Assembly: GCA_049517515.1 (NCBI GenBank) | Contig: JBEKSA010000017.1 | Span: forward strand, 13,090 to 77,089 | DNA length: 64,000 nt | Source: Terracidiphilus sp. | GTDB lineage: Bacteria > Acidobacteriota > Terriglobia > Terriglobales > Acidobacteriaceae | Direction of reading: 5' to 3' | Part shown: piece by piece, positions 60,536-64,000 of the stretch | Position numbering within the stretch: the first letter of the stretch is position 1 | Layout: the number at the start of each line of letters is the position of its first letter | Notes under the pieces: generated by a model | Told to the model about the DNA's origin: nothing | Databases searched by the model: none | What the model saw: the letters and a program-made list of their open reading frames with translations, nothing else | Position numbers and translations under genes: made by a program

Positions 60536-62185
60536 ATGAGTTTCCGTGCCCGCCGCGCACTATTCGCCGTGGTCGTCTTTTTCGCTGTCTGTGCCGTGGC
60601 CGGCACCGTTCTCGAGCGCCGCGTCGGCGCCCAATCGTCGCAGGACGAGAGCCAGCTCCGCGACAGCCTCAAGGCATTCACCGACGTCTACGCGATCGTG
60701 GAGCAGAACTACGCCGAGCCCCTCACACCCGACAAGGCGGACGATGTCATCTACGACGGCGCCATCCCCGGTATGTTGCAGGTTCTTGACCCGCACTCGC
60801 ATTTCTACGATCCCAAGGCCTATGCCCGCCTGCGCGAAGATCAGCGCGGCCGCTACTACGGCGTGGGCATGGTCATCCAGCAGCAAAATGACAACAATGG
60901 AAAGAGCAACGTTTACGTTGTCACTCCATACGAGGACACGCCCTCATTCCGCGCGGGTATTCATCCGGGCGATGAAGTTGTTGCGGTCGATGGGAAGTCC
61001 ACCGACGGCTGGTCGTCAGACCAGGTAGCGAAAGCGTTGAAGGGACCCAAGGGCACGCATGTCCAGGTCACGATGGTTCGTTACGGCCAGGCCAAGCCGC
61101 TGGTATTCGACCTCATTCGCGACGAGATTCCGCACCCCTCCATCGATCTCAAGTTCGAGATTCGTCCCGGCATCGGCTACATTCATCTGTCCCAGTTCCA
61201 GGAGACCACTGGTCAGGAAATGGACGACGCCATCGACGGCTTCGGCGACCTCAAGGGCCTGGTGCTCGATCTGCGCGAGAATCCCGGCGGCCTCCTAAGC
61301 CAGGCCGTGGATGTCTGCGACCATCTGCTTGCCAAGGGCCAGACCATCGTTTCCCAGCGCGGCCGCGCCTACTCCGATCAGAACTACGTCGCGACGCACG
61401 GCAACGACGGCAAGACCTTCCCCATCGTCGTGCTGGTTAACCGCGACACCGCCTCGGCGGCCGAGATCGTTTCCGGCGCGCTGCAGGATCACGATCGCGC
61501 CCTCATCGTGGGCGAAACCACCTTCGGTAAGGGTCTGGTGCAGACCGTCTACAACCTCAGTGAAGACTCCGGCCTCGCCTTGACTACGTATCACTACTAC
61601 ACGCCGTCCGGCCGCCTCATCCAGCGCAATTACGCCGGCGTCTCGCTCTACGACTATTACAACCACGCCGGCGGCGGGCCTGCGCCCTCCGACTCCTCCA
61701 GCCGCGAGGTCAAGCTGACTGACTCTGGCCGCACCGTCTACGGCGGCGGCGGCATCACGCCCGACGAAAAAATCGAGCCGCCTACCACCAACCGCTTCCA
61801 GGACGAGCTGGTCTACAAAGACGTCTTCTTCCACTTCGCGCCGGTCTACGTGGCCACGCATACAATCGACAAGAACTTCCAGGTCGACGACACTGTCCTC
61901 AATGACTTCAAGAAATTCCTTACTAACCAGGACGTTGACTGGACCGACGGCGACATTGGCGACTCCTCCGGCTGGATTAAGGCGCAAATCAAGAAAGACA
62001 TTTTTACAATTCAGTTCGGGCAGCTGACCGGCTTGCGCGTCATCGCCGATTGGGATCCGATGGTCCAGAAGGCGCTCACCTACATGCCCGAAGCCCAGGC
62101 ACTTGAAAATAGCGCGCACAAGGTATTGGCCGAAAAGGCTCAAGCCCGCACCGAGCCGAGCACGGGCGCCGCGTCCCAGCCCTGA
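60536..62185 (+). CDS. ctpA: S41 C-terminal processing peptidase
   Basis: LDPHS, GVGM PDZ, LDLRENPGG, TASAAEIVSGALQD and TFGKGLVQ motifs. Confidence 0.92.
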   Translation: MSFRARRALFAVVVFFAVCAVAGTVLERRVGAQSSQDESQLRDSLKAFTDVYAIVEQNYAEPLTPDKADDVIYDGAIPGMLQVLDPHSHFYDPKAYARLREDQRGRYYGVGMVIQQQNDNNGKSNVYVVTPYEDTPSFRAGIHPGDEVVAVDGKSTDGWSSDQVAKALKGPKGTHVQVTMVRYGQAKPLVFDLIRDEIPHPSIDLKFEIRPGIGYIHLSQFQETTGQEMDDAIDGFGDLKGLVLDLRENPGGLLSQAVDVCDHLLAKGQTIVSQRGRAYSDQNYVATHGNDGKTFPIVVLVNRDTASAAEIVSGALQDHDRALIVGETTFGKGLVQTVYNLSEDSGLALTTYHYYTPSGRLIQRNYAGVSLYDYYNHAGGGPAPSDSSSREVKLTDSGRTVYGGGGITPDEKIEPPTTNRFQDELVYKDVFFHFAPVYVATHTIDKNFQVDDTVLNDFKKFLTNQDVDWTDGDIGDSSGWIKAQIKKDIFTIQFGQLTGLRVIADWDPMVQKALTYMPEAQALENSAHKVLAEKAQARTEPSTGAASQP

Positions 62186-62212
62186 GTTCCGTTCATCGCT
62201 TCAAGCAAAGCA

Positions 62213-62239
62213 AAAGGCCATCTTTGTGGGATGGCCTTT
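62213..62239. terminator. Intrinsic terminator hairpin
   Basis: AAAGGCCATC/GATGGCCTTT inverted repeat after the ctpA stop. Confidence 0.7.
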
Positions 62240-62343
62240 GTCGTTGTTGACCTGCCTGAGCACCGGTTTGACGCGGCGCATACCGACACTCTTCCTGAGT
62301 CGGCCGTCTAGCCGCTGCGCGACTCAGGCGCCGCCGACGCTCG

Positions 62344-62457
62344 CTACTTCGGTGGAGGTGGTGGCGTGAAGATCTCGCGCTTGCGTCCCGGTTCTGGTTT
62401 TGGCTTCGGCTTCGGAGCCTTCTTCGCTTCTCTCTTGCCCTTGTCTTTGTTTCCCAT
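62344..62457 (-). CDS. 37-aa Lys/Pro-rich peptide (absent from the ORF track)
   Basis: MGNKDKGKREAKKAPKPKPKPEPGRKREIFTPPPPPK*; no clear RBS. Confidence 0.5.
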   Translation of the reverse strand: MGNKDKGKREAKKAPKPKPKPEPGRKREIFTPPPPPK

Positions 62458-62565
62458 GCAAGCAAGCATGACACAGAAGGTCCGCGCCTGAAAAGGGCCA
62501 AAGCGCTTGCCCGCGCCCGCGCCATCGTTCAGTCGCGCGATGATTGCCGTGCTTCAAGCGGCGTC

Positions 62566-62961
62566 CTATTGGACATTGGTGGGTGCGGGCGCTCCCGCAA
62601 GTGTCACGAATCGTTCCGGCCGGCAGCAAACCCGGTCCAGTTGTGCCCGATCGGCCATCATTTCCCGGTCGGCGCCAAACGACTCAAGCGTTGCGTCCAG
62701 AATCGCCGCCACTGCGGAGTCAGCTGGCCGCTCGATGCGATAGTGCATCCACTTGCCTTCGCGCCGCGCGCGCACGACTCCCGCCCTGCGCAGATACGCC
62801 AGGTGCCGCGACACCTTGGGCTGGCTCTGCCTCAGGACCTCCACGAAGTAGCACACACACACTTCGCGGCCGTTCATCAGGTTCAGCAGGCGCAGCCGTG
62901 TTCGGTCGGCAAGTGCGGCAAACAGGAGTGCCACGTCAACCGGTTTCGCGCTTCGTCCCAT
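62566..62961 (-). CDS. arsR: ArsR family repressor
   Basis: LADRTRLRLL, EVCVC, QPKVSRHLAYLR, REGKWMHY and C-terminal CC motifs. Confidence 0.92.
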   Translation of the reverse strand: MGRSAKPVDVALLFAALADRTRLRLLNLMNGREVCVCYFVEVLRQSQPKVSRHLAYLRRAGVVRARREGKWMHYRIERPADSAVAAILDATLESFGADREMMADRAQLDRVCCRPERFVTLAGAPAPTNVQ

Positions 62962-62974
62962 CTCTTCAAATATA

Positions 62975-63022
62975 CGCCTTGACAAATATGAATACCGGAA
63001 ATATATTTGCTTAAGCATATAC
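62975..63022. promoter_or_regulatory. Divergent ars promoter/operator
   Basis: TTGACA; CAAATAT..ATATTTG and TGCTTAAGCA inverted repeats. Confidence 0.55.
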
Positions 63023-63036
63023 GAAGGAGGGTTCGA

Positions 63037-63897
63037 ATGGCAGCCCCGGCGGAAGTGAAGGAGCAAGTGAAGCAAAAGTATGGCAGCGCGGCGCGCGCCG
63101 TGGCGGAGGCAGGCAGTCTGCAGCCCTGTTGCGATCCCGGTCTCCTTTGCTGCGACCCGATCACCGCCAATCTTTACAGCGACGGCGAAAAAGGCCTCAT
63201 CCCGGAGAAGGCTGTGCAGGCCTCGCGGGGCTGTGGCAATCCAACGGCGCTCATTGATCTCAAGCCCGGCGACGTGGTCCTCGACCTCGGCTCTGGCGGC
63301 GGAATTGACGTGCTGCTCTCCGCGCGCCGCGTGGCTCCCGGCGGCAAAGCCTACGGCCTCGATATGACTGACGAGATGCTTGCTCTGGCTCGCGAAAACC
63401 AGCGCAAGGCTGGCGTTGAAAACGTCGAGTTTCTCAAAGGCGAAATCGAAAACATTCCACTCGCCGCGAACTCGGTCGACGTCATCATCTCGAATTGCGT
63501 CATCAACCTCTCTGCCGACAAGGACCGCGTGTTGCGCGAGGCCTTTCGTGCGCTTAAGCCGGGCGGCCGCTTCGCCGTCTCTGATGTCGTCGTGCGCGGC
63601 CAAGTTCCCGACGCTGTGCGCCAGAGCATGTTGCTCTGGGTCGGCTGCATGGCGGGCGCTCTCGAAGAGCAGGACTATCGCGGCCGGCTGATCGCCGCCG
63701 GGTTTGCCGATGTCTCCTTCGAGCCCACGCGCATCTACAGCGTCGAGGATGCTCGCCAGTTTCTCACTGAGGCGGGAGTCGACGTCGATGCCATCGCTCC
63801 GGAGGTTGAAGGCAAATTCCTCAGCGCCTTCATCCGCGCCGTCAAGCCTCAATCATCCTGCTGCGCGCCCGGCTGCTGCAGCGGCGCCGCAGCGTAG
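63037..63897 (+). CDS. arsM: Arsenite S-adenosylmethionine methyltransferase
   Basis: [24 protein letters not shown] and WVGCMAGAL motifs. Confidence 0.93.
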   Translation: MAAPAEVKEQVKQKYGSAARAVAEAGSLQPCCDPGLLCCDPITANLYSDGEKGLIPEKAVQASRGCGNPTALIDLKPGDVVLDLGSGGGIDVLLSARRVAPGGKAYGLDMTDEMLALARENQRKAGVENVEFLKGEIENIPLAANSVDVIISNCVINLSADKDRVLREAFRALKPGGRFAVSDVVVRGQVPDAVRQSMLLWVGCMAGALEEQDYRGRLIAAGFADVSFEPTRIYSVEDARQFLTEAGVDVDAIAPEVEGKFLSAFIRAVKPQSSCCAPGCCSGAAA

Positions 63898-63907
63898 GAT
63901 CCACATC

Positions 63908-64000
63908 ATGCCCAGCCACTACAACGTCCTCTTTCTGTGCACCGGCAACTCGGCCCGTTCGCTGATGGCCGAAGCGATTCTTAATCACAAGGGCAAGGGA
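63908..64000 (+). CDS. arsC: LMW-PTP-type arsenate reductase, N-terminus (truncated by the window end)
   Basis: VLFLCTGNSARS.MAEAI motif. Confidence 0.88.
   Translation, partial: MPSHYNVLFLCTGNSARSLMAEAILNHKGKG

Noticed and set aside
62962-63852. 428-aa ORF suggesting a long ArsR fusion
   Set aside because: The N-terminal part is antisense to arsM; only 62566-62961 is ArsR.

Overview
GC-rich bacterial chromosomal window. The gene content and the short intergenic tandem repeats suggest Acidobacteriota (Terriglobia-like); this is inference. Most of it is housekeeping: add, APC permease, cspA, buk, purE/purK, typA, ftsB-like, PGM/PMM, cutA, mqnD, hemW, malic enzyme, an ECF sigma module, araD, an HK/NtrC pair, yhaM, a SurA-like PPIase, ctpA and arsR/arsM/arsC. 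The exception is a compact 9 kb tailed-phage virion cassette at 13.3-22.3 kb: portal, prohead protease, scaffold, major capsid, three neck genes, tail tube, hub/tip and a holin-like gene. It lies between a HipA-like kinase/DUF3037 pair and purEK. Within this window it has no terminase, tape measure, integrase, repressor, replication genes, endolysin or visible att site. Its spacers hold host-type tandem repeats, and two intrinsic terminators gate it, one of them 8-14 nt before the portal start. It therefore looks like a domesticated, antitermination-controlled, gene-transfer-agent-like particle locus rather than a prophage (inference). Other observations: a +1 frameshift in a C6 run of the tail-tip gene, a nonsense codon in an EVE gene, a probable CTG start, three small ORFs below the ORF-track cutoff, and an RcnR-type sensor facing a porin. 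All product calls come from motif recognition, not database searches.
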